DNA of 64,000 nt from Harriotta raleighana (taxonomy: Eukaryota). Positions 25,858 through 37,420 of the stretch are shown here, one piece after another (position 1 is the stretch's first letter; each line of letters starts with the position of its first letter). The stretch spans positions 590,955 through 654,954 of the forward strand of contig JBNZDD010013542.1 in NCBI GenBank assembly GCA_050575255.1. The letters run 5' to 3'. The notes beneath the pieces are model-generated. The model did no database searches. It saw only the letters and a program-made list of their open reading frames with translations, and was not told the DNA's origin. Both the position numbers and the translations under genes were made by a program.

Positions 25858-26990
25858 TAACAGAGGTGGTGCAGTTGATGTAGTTTATGTGGATTTTCAA
25901 AAGGTGTTTGATAAAGTGCCACATAAGAGACTAGTTAGTAAAATAAAAGCCCACGGTATTAAAGAGACAGTGGCAACATGGATACAGAACTGTCTGAGAG
26001 ACAGAAAGCAGAGAGTGCACAGTTATTTTTCTGATTGGAGGGAAGTGTTTAGGGGTGTCCTCAGGGGTTGTTTCTTGGACCACTGCTGTTTTTGGTCTAT
26101 ATAAATGATCTGGACTTGAGTATAGGGAGTACAATTTCCGCGTTTGCACATGATACAAAGCTAGAAAAAGTAGTAAACAGTGAGGAGGATAGTAGCCAAC
26201 TGCAAGAGGACATAGACAGACTGGTAAAATGGGCAGCATGTGGCAGATGAAGTTTATTGTGGATTAATACGAAGTGATGCCTTTTGAAAGGCAAAATGAA
26301 GAGAGGCAGTATAAGATGATGGTAGAATCTTAAAGGGGTGAAGGAACAGAGAGACCTGGAGGTTCATCTAAATAAATATTGGCAGAACTGTGGAGAAAGC
26401 TGTTTTAGAAAGCATATAGGATACTAGGCTTTATAAATAGGGGCATAGAATACAAAAGTTAGAAAGCTATGATTAACCTTGATAAAACACTGGTTAGGCC
26501 TCAGCTAGTTACTGTGTTCAGTGCTGAGCACCATACTTTAGGAAGGATGTCAAGGCATTGGAGAGGGTGCAAAGGAGATTTTCCAGGATGGTACCAGGAT
26601 TGAGGGACTCCTGAGTTACCAAGAGAGGCTAGAAGTTAGGATTATTCTCCTTACAGAAGTTTTCAAAATTATGAGGGGATTCGATGGGGTGAACAGGGAG
26701 AAATTATTTCCACTGGCGACTAGGTCACCAATTTTAAATAGTTATTAAAAAAAAGCAGAGGGGAGGTGAGGAGAAATATTTTCACACAATGAGTTGTTCG
26801 GATCTGGAATGCATTGCCTGAAGAGGTGATGGAAGCTGATTTGATAAGAACTTTTAACACAAAGGTAGATAGTTATTTGGGGGGAAGAGAATGGGAGAGT
26901 GGGATTTAGACAGTTCTTTTGTAAGAGCCGGCACAGATATGATGGGCTGAATGGCCTCCGTCTGTGCTGTGTAATCCTATGATTCTATGA
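25858..26990 (+). mobile_element. CR1-clade LINE 3' part (RT C-terminus plus 3'UTR), degenerate
   Basis: DFQKVFDKVPHKRLVSKIKAHGI and LGPLLFLVYINDLD...FAHDTKL...LQEDIDRL; ends in a ctatgattctatga tail. Confidence 0.92.
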
Positions 26991-28358
26991 ATCATGAGAT
27001 TGGCTGATTATTCTCTTTCTATCCCGAGGCACTGAAGCCAACTGTTCTTGTGCCTCAGATGCTCATGAATTAAGGTTCGTTTACACTCAGGAAAGACCTG
27101 TTTCTATCAGAACTTTCAGACAGCTGATCTTCAGCTACAGCAGTTGTGCTGAGGGACATTTTTCCCCATTAGTCCTATCTGTCCTTAAGATAAATGATTC
27201 ATATTAAAAAACACACACCCCAAAGTATTTCAGACTTTATAAATAAGTACTGTACATACATCTGTTTGCTTAAAATCGAAAGCATATTTTGATAAAGTTA
27301 ATTTCTTCTAAGATCTGGCACGGAGAGAGGAATTTGCCTCAATAAATAAAATGTAGCTACTGGCAGAGAAATTATGCTTCAAATCAATTTATTTGGCTGA
27401 AGCCACAAAAGGAAACCAATATCCCTTGGCTCCGGTTTTCACATAAGCTGCAGAATATGTTAAGGACTCGAGTCTGCCATGTACTGATACTGCACCAGGC
27501 TAGAGCCCACAGACTCACTCAGATAAACAGAGCCCATCAGACGATGCAATGGTCCAATTTGACCTCAGCTCCCCATGTAACATGATGTATAACCTCAGTG
27601 ATATCCTGTGGCTCTGTTTTCATTTATTGTACTGTTTGTTATCCCCCCGTGGCCTCTGGTTACCTCTGGTTATCTCTGCCAACTTCCAAATACTGATCTC
27701 CCTGTTACTTGCTCAGAAAGGTATTTGCGAAACACACCATCTGCAAAAGAGATTTCCTTGAGACAGATTTGTAAATGAAGTAAGGGGACAGGGCAGCATG
27801 CTCACTTATAATAATCATCGTATTTATTATAGATTTTAACGGCTTAATGTCTCAAAGTGCTTCCAGCGAATTTGTTTAAAGTGTAGTGAATGTATTTGTG
27901 GGCGACCAAAACAGCCAACTTATGAGCAGCAGTCACACAAAAAAGGCAGAAAGTAAAAGGCTAATTTACCTGGAGGATTACTGAAGTCCGTTTTCTTTTC
28001 TAATAGTGTCATTGTATTCTAAACGTCCACTTGAACAGATGGTGGGGACATCAGTTTAAAGTCTCTTCCAAAGAATGGCACCTCTGAAAGTTCTGTGTTG
28101 GAATATCACCCTAGTCTATCCATATTTGGTGCTTGAACCCACAACTATTAAAATCCTGAGAAAAAGATTGCTTTCTACCTCTGTTTGGCATTGGCATGTT
28201 TCAGTAGTATTACAGAAGACTAGCACTAATTTCATGTTAGTTCTGAGTGTTTATGCTTTGATTTAAATTTATTTTTATAGTTGGAAACATAGAAACCTAC
28301 AGTATCATTTGGTCCATAAATTCGCACCAGATTATAGAATGAGGAGATCCATTTAATA

Positions 28359-28744
28359 CAGTAAAACCTACGTTATCCGGCACCCTCGAGACATGACCGG
28401 TATCAAATATGCTGGATATTCGAGTGGCAAGTTGCCGAAAATCCAACAACAAAAAATTAACTTACTTTAAAACATACCATAATAATACTACATAACAACA
28501 GAATATTGTATGGACACTTACCAATAAAGCATTCCAGGCCATCATACTCGGTAAAATAATCGTTAAAAAAGCATTCCAGCATTTGGTAAGTTTAATAAGT
28601 GCGTATGCATGCGCAAAGTTAGCATACCGCGAGTGTCCCGGATGGCTACGGTATGAGATCCGGTTGCTGGAATGATGAATTGTATTGGGAGATACCGTTT
28701 GATTGAGTATGCCGTTTGGTTGGGTACTGGATAAGGTTTTACTG
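28359..28744. mobile_element. Tigger-like MITE
   Basis: TA|cagtaaaacct..ttatccgg ... ctggataaggttttactg|TA. Confidence 0.85.
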
Positions 28745-29340
28745 TACCACTGTCTCACCTTATCCCCGTACCCCTTCAAACCCTTCTCTGTAATATGCCT
28801 TTCTACTTCCATCTCAAAAGCTACAATCAATCAATCAAAATTTTATTTATATAGCGCCTTTCACATCGGGAGGACGTCCCAAAGCGCTGTACAGCCAAGT
28901 AGGGGGGGAGGGCTCAGGGAAAGGAGTAGGAAAAATTGATTGTATATTTGTGGGCGAATGGGTCTCCACTTCCACCATTACTCAGCAGGGGTTCATATCC
29001 CAACAACAGCCTCAGTGAAAAAAATCCTTCTAAATTCTCTTTTTGCTGTAAGTGTAGAAACATGAATATTAATAAATTTATTTTTTATTTTTAAAAAATG
29101 CTATCCATTTGTAAAACTAATCGATACATCTAAAACATTCCATTAATTGTGCATTCAAAGGAGGTGCCACAGAGACCAATAAACTGTGGTTTGTGGGTGA
29201 GCAGGTCTGCAACTCTATTTCCAACATCTGAAAAACACTGTTAATAATTAACCATGTCTGCCAGCAGCTATGCCATTATCATGCTGGGCAGGATGTGGAA
29301 AAGTGTAGAGGGAGCTTTATTCTGCATCTGTCCCATGAAG

Positions 29341-29687
29341 TTGTGTAGCTTTGTGGTTAGAGCCTTTGCCTCGCAGGCCAGAGGACTGGGGTTCAATTCC
29401 CGGGCAGGGAGAAATGTTAGGCAAATTTCCCGACTATACAGTCCTCTGCTTACCTCGCAGTAAATTGGAACCAGATTGTTGTGGTTCCCTTTCTAGTGTA
29501 ATAATCCCTTAAAAAAAACATTTGGTCACTCAATCCACACTGTTTGTGGGACACTGCTGAATGCAATTGGATGCTGTGTTTTGCCCACAAAATATTGTCA
29601 ATTCACTATGCAGTATATTCTATGAAGTGCTTTGAAATGTCTCAAAAATGTGATAAGGCACTATATCAAATGCAAGCATTATTATGA
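29341..29687 (+). mobile_element. tRNA-derived SINE, long subfamily
   Basis: Head with gttcaattcc, internal cctctgcttacctcgcagtaaattgg, body and tail. Confidence 0.85.
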
Positions 29688-29715
29688 TGAATGTGAACCT
29701 GACCTGGTAATGCTG

Positions 29716-29816
29716 AATGGGACTGACTGTACAGCTTCACTCTGTATTAATGGGACTGACTGTACAGCTTCACTCTGTATTAATGGGACTGACTGTACAG
29801 CTTCACTCTGTATTAA
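29716..29816. repeat. Perfect 33-bp tandem repeat, 3 copies (aatgggactgactgtacagcttcactctgtatt)
   Basis: Three identical units visible. Confidence 0.95.
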
Positions 29817-30472
29817 ACCTCTGCTGAAGCTGTCCTGGGAGTGTTAGATGGGGCAGTTTAAAGGGTGCTTCATTCTATATCTAACCAGCGTTGTACCTGA
29901 CTTGGAAATGCTGGATGGATTTGGACAGCTTCTCTCTTACAGAGGATCACACAAACATGATTAAATGAAGACATTAAGACAATGACTTTACATGCATTTG
30001 TTCACTAATCACCAGCAGTGATTCTAACAGTGAGAGTTATGAGCACTTTGAAATGTCCGCCTGATGTGAAAGGTGTAAATGTAAATGACTCTGCTGTGTT
30101 CTCCAAATTTAACGCATTTGCCAATGTTCATGTACAAATAATACAACAAATTAGTATAATAATTTTCACTGCAGCAGTGTAAAACCACTCTTTATTGAAT
30201 GCATTCTTCCAAACCCAGATGTTTCTCTATTTTATAAAATCGTATTAGTTGTAAACTACATGAAAACAGTTTTTGGAAATACTAATTAGATTTTTTTTAA
30301 GTGGAAAGATGTCTCACCGATTGCAGCAATGTTATAAAACCGGCCTAAATTGGCAAAGGTGACGTCACAGGCACACAGATGGTTTCCCTGGTTACGAGCT
30401 GAGCGAGTGCTCATTTCCTTGATACCCCACAGGCTTCAGACACCTGCTTTTTTTCCAACCAACCCTCAAAGG

Positions 30473-30489
30473 AGGTCATCTGGAGGTCA
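30473..30489 (+). promoter_or_regulatory. DR5 retinoic acid response element motif AGGTCA-tctgg-AGGTCA
   Basis: Perfect consensus match in repeat-free DNA; function is inferred. Confidence 0.55.
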
Positions 30490-31823
30490 CGAGGGGATAA
30501 AAATCTCCATCTGAATAATAAACTGTTTACTGCACGCACTCACAACACGGCTACAGAAGCTGAAGTTTACGTACAGGGAAATCTTAATTCACACAAATTA
30601 CTTTTTTTATTAAACAATGGGAAAGGCTGCTCTATCGAAGCTGGCAAGAGCAGAGTACTTGGGAGCAAAGCAGGGCAGGGCAAAGCCCTGAAGTGTGTCA
30701 GCAATCCTTTCGTCCATTGAATCCCTTATTCAAGGCAGAGAAATGAGCTGTAATCTTATTGTGAAACAGTGTTTGATCTGATCCTCACTTAACCTTTCCC
30801 TTTTGTGCTCTCAAAGTGTTTTATTTCCTCGCTCCCATTTAACACTTCCTGTACACCTCCTCTATAGCTTCCACTTCCCATCCAGCTGAGCGGACAGCAT
30901 GTCCTTGTTTCTGTCTGTGTCACTGAAGGACTGACCACTGGGTGACCGGACAGTAAAGTTCACTCGTGATTCACTCACCCCTCCCTCTCTGAGTGAAAGT
31001 GGTCGCTTTCTGCTCATCTCCAGCCCAATTTGGAGACTGAGATGTGCAACGTCTGCAGCATTATTAGCTCATCTTATAACAATAATAATCCTTACATTTG
31101 ACATGGCACTTTTGAGGATATTTCAAGGAGCTTCACAGATGTTTACTGTGAAGTATAGGGACTGTGTATTTGTAGGCGAATGCAAATTTGCATACAGTAA
31201 TGTCTCACAAACAGCTACTGATTGAGTGGCCAATTTCATCCGAGAGTTTTAACTAAGATCTTTAACATCCATTTGAATAAACAGACCTTGGGTTCGCTAT
31301 CTGATCCAAAGAATGCAGCACTCTAACAACGCAGAACTGTAGTGTCAACACCGACTGAGCCCCAACATGGGACTTGAACCGACAAACTACTGACTCAGAG
31401 GTGGCAATGCTACCAATTGAGCATGACCGAAATGCTAAAGATGAATAACTAACTGGCCAGCAGCCATATGACTTGTCTTCATTCCATAAAACGACTGTTT
31501 GTGGAACACTGCTGTGTGCAATTGACTGCCGTGTTTCACCCATGAATTCACTTTACAGTATATTCTGCAAAGCGCTTTTAGACATCTCCAGTGGTTCAGT
31601 TGCATCACTTGTCTCCCCTGGGACCTTCCTCTTTGACCATGTCTTTTGACACCCTCCTATGTTGCACCTACTTGATTAACCCCAGTTTGGGTGCAAACCC
31701 TTAACTGTCCAATGGGACATCAATCTGACTTGAAAGACGCTATATAAATGTAATTTTTTCTTGTTTTTTTAAATGAGTCCAGCATCCAAACCTCAACCAT
31801 TATTCCTGGCAACCTGTGTAATT

Positions 31824-34132
31824 ACTCTCTGTGTCACAACTCACTCCATGTAATCCACTTGTCCTGTCTCCTGTCCTGACTGAGACAAGCTAACTTAGCA
31901 GTGACTTAGCAGGAATTCAATCTGTGATTTTCCGGTCTGTCTGTGTGGTACATTGGATAGAGCTGAGAAAACAGGTTTATATCACACTCGACACAACCAA
32001 GAACAGCCGCAGAGCCCAGTCCAATTTTTCCCCAAAAGTGTAAAGTATTTGAAAGGGCAAATAGTATTTAACCTAACAACTAATTGACAATATTTCCACT
32101 GTATCTTTGTTTTGTTTTAGAGAAGATCCAATCCCTTGAATAATGTCTCCCTCAGTGATGTTTCTGAGGCCATTCTGCTGCTCAGCATTAGGTTTCATCA
32201 CAGACGGATAGTTAAGATGATGTTCAGCCATAAACTACACTGCTGACCAGAGAACCTCTCTAAATAGCCAACAGTATTGTCTCCAATTACACTTCAAAAC
32301 ACAGATTATTGTCCTTTTCCCTCTGCACACAGACATCCCTCTACCAATCATCCCACACATCCAAATTATTCTGAGAGATTCACCAAGCAAGGTGCTAATT
32401 TGAGATATTTAAGTTGTTTTATTCCCCTGCTGAAAGACCGGTGATTGGGTGAAATTCTCCTCCGACGGTCCCATCCCTCCATTTCCCTCCACCCTCCATC
32501 TACTGCTCGGGTCTGAAACAATGACAGTCCACTGCCTTGGGACGTCCTCCTGATGTGAAAGGTGCTATACAAGTGTAATTTTGTTTTTCTTGTTCTTTCC
32601 TGAAGAACGATGACTTATGCTTGGGTACAGTTCTTTTTCCTTTGTTTTGCCCACAAAAAATACAATCAATTCACTTTACAGCATATTCTGTGAAGCTCTT
32701 TGACACTTCCTAATATGATGACAACAACTTGCATTGATACAGCAGCCCTCACGCTGGGTAGTGTCCCAGATCTCCTGAGACACTATATCAAAGACAATAT
32801 AAGACTTTGCAAAGATTTTTAGTTATTATCCAAGTTACCAAATGTTTGGGCCTGAAAATAGAGACAGACTTTATAAACTATAAAGAAGTTTCTGCACAAT
32901 CAGAAATTTTAAGGCAACCGTCTTAATGTTAAAACCATAAGATGATTTGGGGCTCTAGTTTACTAATCTCCCCCCTGNACTCTCTGTGTCACAACTCACT
33001 CCATGTAATCCACTTGTCCTGTCTCCTGTCCTGACTGAGACAAGCTAACTTAGCAGTGACTTAGCAGGAATTCAATCTGTGATTTTCCGGTCTGTCTGTG
33101 TGGTACATTGGATAGAGCTGAGAAAACAGGTTTATATCACACTCGACACAACCAAGAACAGCCGCAGAGCCCAGTCCAATTTTTCCCCAAAAGTGTAAAG
33201 TATTTGAAAGGGCAAATAGTATTTAACCTAACAACTAATTGACAATATTTCCACTGTATCTTTGTTTTGTTTTAGAGAAGATCCAATCCCTTGAATAATG
33301 TCTCCCTCAGTGATGTTTCTGAGGCCATTCTGCTGCTCAGCATTAGGTTTCATCACAGACGGATAGTTAAGATGATGTTCAGCCATAAACTACACTGCTG
33401 ACCAGAGAACCTCTCTAAATAGCCAACAGTATTGTCTCCAATTACACTTCAAAACACAGATTATTGTCCTTTTCCCTCTGCACACAGACATCCCTCTACC
33501 AATCATCCCACACATCCAAATTATTCTGAGAGATTCACCAAGCAAGGTGCTAATTTGAGATATTTAAGTTGTTTTATTCCCCTGCTGAAAGACCGGTGAT
33601 TGGGTGAAATTCTCCTCCGACGGTCCCATCCCTCCATTTCCCTCCACCCTCCATCTACTGCTCGGGTCTGAAACAATGACAGTCCACTGCCTTGGGACGT
33701 CCTCCTGATGTGAAAGGTGCTATACAAGTGTAATTTTGTTTTTCTTGTTCTTTCCTGAAGAACGATGACTTATGCTTGGGTACAGTTCTTTTTCCTTTGT
33801 TTTGCCCACAAAAAATACAATCAATTCACTTTACAGCATATTCTGTGAAGCTCTTTGACACTTCCTAATATGATGACAACAACTTGCATTGATACAGCAG
33901 CCCTCACGCTGGGTAGTGTCCCAGATCTCCTGAGACACTATATCAAAGACAATATAAGACTTTGCAAAGATTTTTAGTTATTATCCAAGTGACCAAATGT
34001 TTGGGCCTGAAAATAGAGACAGACTTTATAAACTATAAAGAAGTTTCTGCACAATCAGAAATTTTAAGGCAACCGTCTTAATGTTAAAACCATAAGATGA
34101 TTTGGGGCTCTAGTTTACTAATCTCCCCCCTG
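31824..34132. repeat. 1154-bp direct duplication separated by one N (31824-32977 and 32979-34132)
   Basis: Offset is 1155. The only difference I noticed is T32836 versus G33991. Confidence 0.97.
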
Positions 34133-35200
34133 CCACTGCAGCCCCCACCACCCTTTTTGCCCAAACAAAATGAACAATAGCGTTTAAAATGGTATTGAAT
34201 GTGCTCCTGATTATCTTCAAATACCTCCACTCCCTTGTCCTAGCCCAGCTCTGCAATCTTTCTCTTCCGCCCACTCCCTCCATTCTGCTGGTTCTGACCT
34301 ATTTTATGTCCCCCACCCACTCTCTCAACCCCACCATCACTTTGCCCTTACTCTCTGCAACTCTTGCTGAAATAGTTCCACCGTCTCTCGCACTCTCGGC
34401 TGACAAACTATCTAAAAACCTTTCTCTACACCTGTGGCATCAATGACCTCCCCACTAACCCTAACTCGAGCTTCAATTCTATGTTTTTAAAAGCCCCGGA
34501 GACACTCCCCTAGATGAAAGTTGCTTTACAAGTGCACATTTTTGATGGAATGAATTTTCAAAGTCTGAAAAACCGAATGAAGTCAAACAGAGGACTGTTT
34601 CCCCTCATTAACGAACCTGAAACTGGGCAGAATCTCAGTTCAGTGGGTGAGGTTTCCTCTCTGAGAGGCAGAGAGCTTCCTCCTTCCCTAAGTCTGCTGT
34701 GGAGCTGAAAACCAGGAGTCTGCTGAACTGGCATCGTTCCCTCAAATGAGACAAATCAGGAAGTGCAGAGTTCCTTCCATTGGCCTGGAGATACCAGACA
34801 GAGGAGAAAGTCACAATAGCTTGTGTTTTCTGACGTTGGATATTTTCTGGTGCTTATTTTGGGAAAGAGAGGGAAAGGATATATTTCATGTAATGTACTA
34901 CAATTAACAGTATGAGAGAAAAAACTCAGAAGTTCCTGAGCAGAATGTCCAAAGAGACTAACTCAGAGCAAACTGCTCTCTCAGATCATGGCAAAATGTC
35001 TATCCTTTCAAACCAATGCCTAATAATAATCCCTCCAAAAAAATAATAAATTGGTCAATTCAATCCAGCACTGTTTGTGGGACAAATGGAGGGGGGGGGG
35101 AAGAGGGAAGTGGGGGAGATGTTAAAAACACTGTATCAACTGCTAGGATTATTATTAACTGACGAGAGTCGAGAATAAAAATCCACTTTTATCACTGAGC

Positions 35201-35219
35201 TGGCCACCAGGGGTCACTA
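35201..35219 (+). promoter_or_regulatory. CTCF motif TGGCCACCAGGGGTCACTA
   Basis: 17/19 match to the canonical TGGCCACCAGGGGGCGCTA. Confidence 0.5.
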
Positions 35220-37100
35220 TCTCCCATCTTTTAGCGGATGGAAAGCCACATCCACCGAGGCCTGATGTGTCCTGGTCCCTAACACTGCCTTTACTTGGAT
35301 GAATACTATACAGAGAATTTATTACTTTTAACACAACAAATGTCATTTCTTTGTACTCTCTATTCAAATGGTGTGTTTGTTAAAGGGCCAGGCCTGGGTT
35401 TTATGTTTTCTTTCCCACTGTGAGTTGTTTATCAAGCTTTCCCTTTTACTTTCCACTCTGCTGCTTGGAGCAGGGCGGGCATTTACTCTAGAGCATTATC
35501 TGGTGCTCCCCCACCCCAATAAATTAATAAAACACATCAACCCCTACCATCTCTCCTCTACCATCTGTTCTGCTATATTGTTTGTAACTCACTCGCACAG
35601 AGAAGGCAGTGGCAAGGCAACTGAGCCCACCCTTCATTAGGGTTATCCCTTTGTAATAGGCTGCTCCTGTTTTTAAAGAGGCTCCACTGTGCTAAAAATA
35701 TAAAATCCCAGTTTATTGAATGCCTATCAATCTATTAAGTATATTTTAGCCCCAACAATGGAAGTTTACAACCGGTTGCCTCAGTTACTCATCCTCTTAC
35801 ACAAATGTGCCTTCTTGTGTCAAGTTTCTCTACAGGACTCTCTTCCAGCGGTCACGCAGGGACAGGCAACGAATGTCCGTCCTGCTTTGAGGTTTCTTTA
35901 GTCTTTATCTGTAAAGGGTAGAGTGTAAAAGATACAGACCCCAAACCTCCTAAAGCTTTCACACTTCTCACACTGCCAGCCTGGGATTGAGGCTTCCCTG
36001 GGGCAATTCACTCTTTTATTGCAGCATCCTCTGCTTTTTAAAAAAAATGACAGCTCTTCCTTGGCCTCAATTGGTAATGTTTGTGTTTCAGAGGAATGCT
36101 AGATAATGGTTTGAAGGAGCAGGTTGAACAAAACTCTGCCTAGAGGCGTAATACATGGATTATTTTAAAAGGGAATTCAAAAGGAGGACAATTAAAGTGT
36201 GGGGAACAAGTAGGATATTGGGGATTGATTCCCCAATGTGGAAAGAAAAATCAGCATAACAACAACTTGAATTTATTTAATACTCTTCATGTACAATACT
36301 GTCTCAAAGTGCTTCAGAATGCTCACGGCAGGTTTTGAAAACAGATGGGAGAGTGAGTGAGACAGCAGGCTGGGGAAGAAGTTTCATAGTTTGTGGTGCA
36401 TTAGTTAAACTTGTGGCCACTAATGGCAGTGTAGAGGGTGCTGTGGGTCCACATTAGCAAGGGACAAGTGCGAGGCAGGGTACAAGGTCCCAAAGCAGTT
36501 CACACAGCTGATTGAGAGCCCGAGTTTGGAGTGGGAGGCTGAAAAGGATGAAAATGTGGCTGAAAGTACGGTTGAAAAGATAAGGCAGATTTGAAAGACG
36601 GGCATGGAGGGGGCAAAGCGGAGGGACTTTGCGATCAGAGTTCCAGAGAGTGGGGCAGAATGGCTGAAAGCTCGGCCACTGATGGGGCAAATCAGTTGGA
36701 AGAATTGAAGCAGGCCGTTGATATTGTAGTGTAATAGGATCTGTAAGTTGCCTACAAAATGCAGTCATTACGCTGATGTGTATCCTGTGAAGCATTTTGA
36801 GATACTCTTGATGATATAAAAAACGCTACATCAAATCTAAAAACAATAAATTGAAGTCTGAATTGATGTCTTGTTTCCTTTCACAGAAAACAAACACCCC
36901 TGAAATTCCTTATCCAGTGGGTAAATCCACCACCAACTAAAGCTGAACAGTAATGACAATTTTAAAAGGGAGCTGAATGACAATGGAAACCATTCATGTG
37001 GATTTAATGTCAGAAATATTAGCGATATTTGTTCAAATTTGGAACAATCGATTGAAATTTGCTGTCTCTTCTGGTCATTACATTCATACGTTAGAATTCC

Positions 37101-37420
37101 ATAGCTAGAGGTTTATGCGCTCGCCTCGCCAGCGACAAGACCTAGGTTCATTTCCCAGGCAGGAAGAAACCGAAGGCAAGTTTCCTTACTGTGCATGCCT
37201 CTGTTTACCAAACAGTTGTTAAGTCTGTTGGCAGATCGTTTTCCAGCGTTAATGATCCCTCCAAATGAAGAGATTTGGTCACTCAATCCATGACTGTTTA
37301 TGGGGCACTATTGTATAATTGACTTCCTCATTTCACCTGCAAAATACTATATTCTGTGCATTTCTTTGATATGTCTCAACAACATGATAAGGCGCTAAAT
37401 AAAATGCAAAGATTATTATG
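37101..37420 (+). mobile_element. tRNA-derived SINE, long subfamily, diverged
   Basis: ggcaagtttccttact..gcctctgtttacc plus body and tail. Confidence 0.75.

Noticed and set aside
25858-26990. Functional or domesticated reverse transcriptase
   Set aside because: Frameshifts and stops, catalytic motif decayed to FAHD, and 5' truncation indicate a dead CR1 copy.
29693-29704. DR0 nuclear-receptor element TGAACC-TGACCT
   Set aside because: Lies at the edge of a degenerate dispersed repeat and has no supporting context.
32366-33727. Duplicated 68-aa gene pair
   Set aside because: Chance ORF starting in a retroposon tail, duplicated only by the probable assembly artefact.
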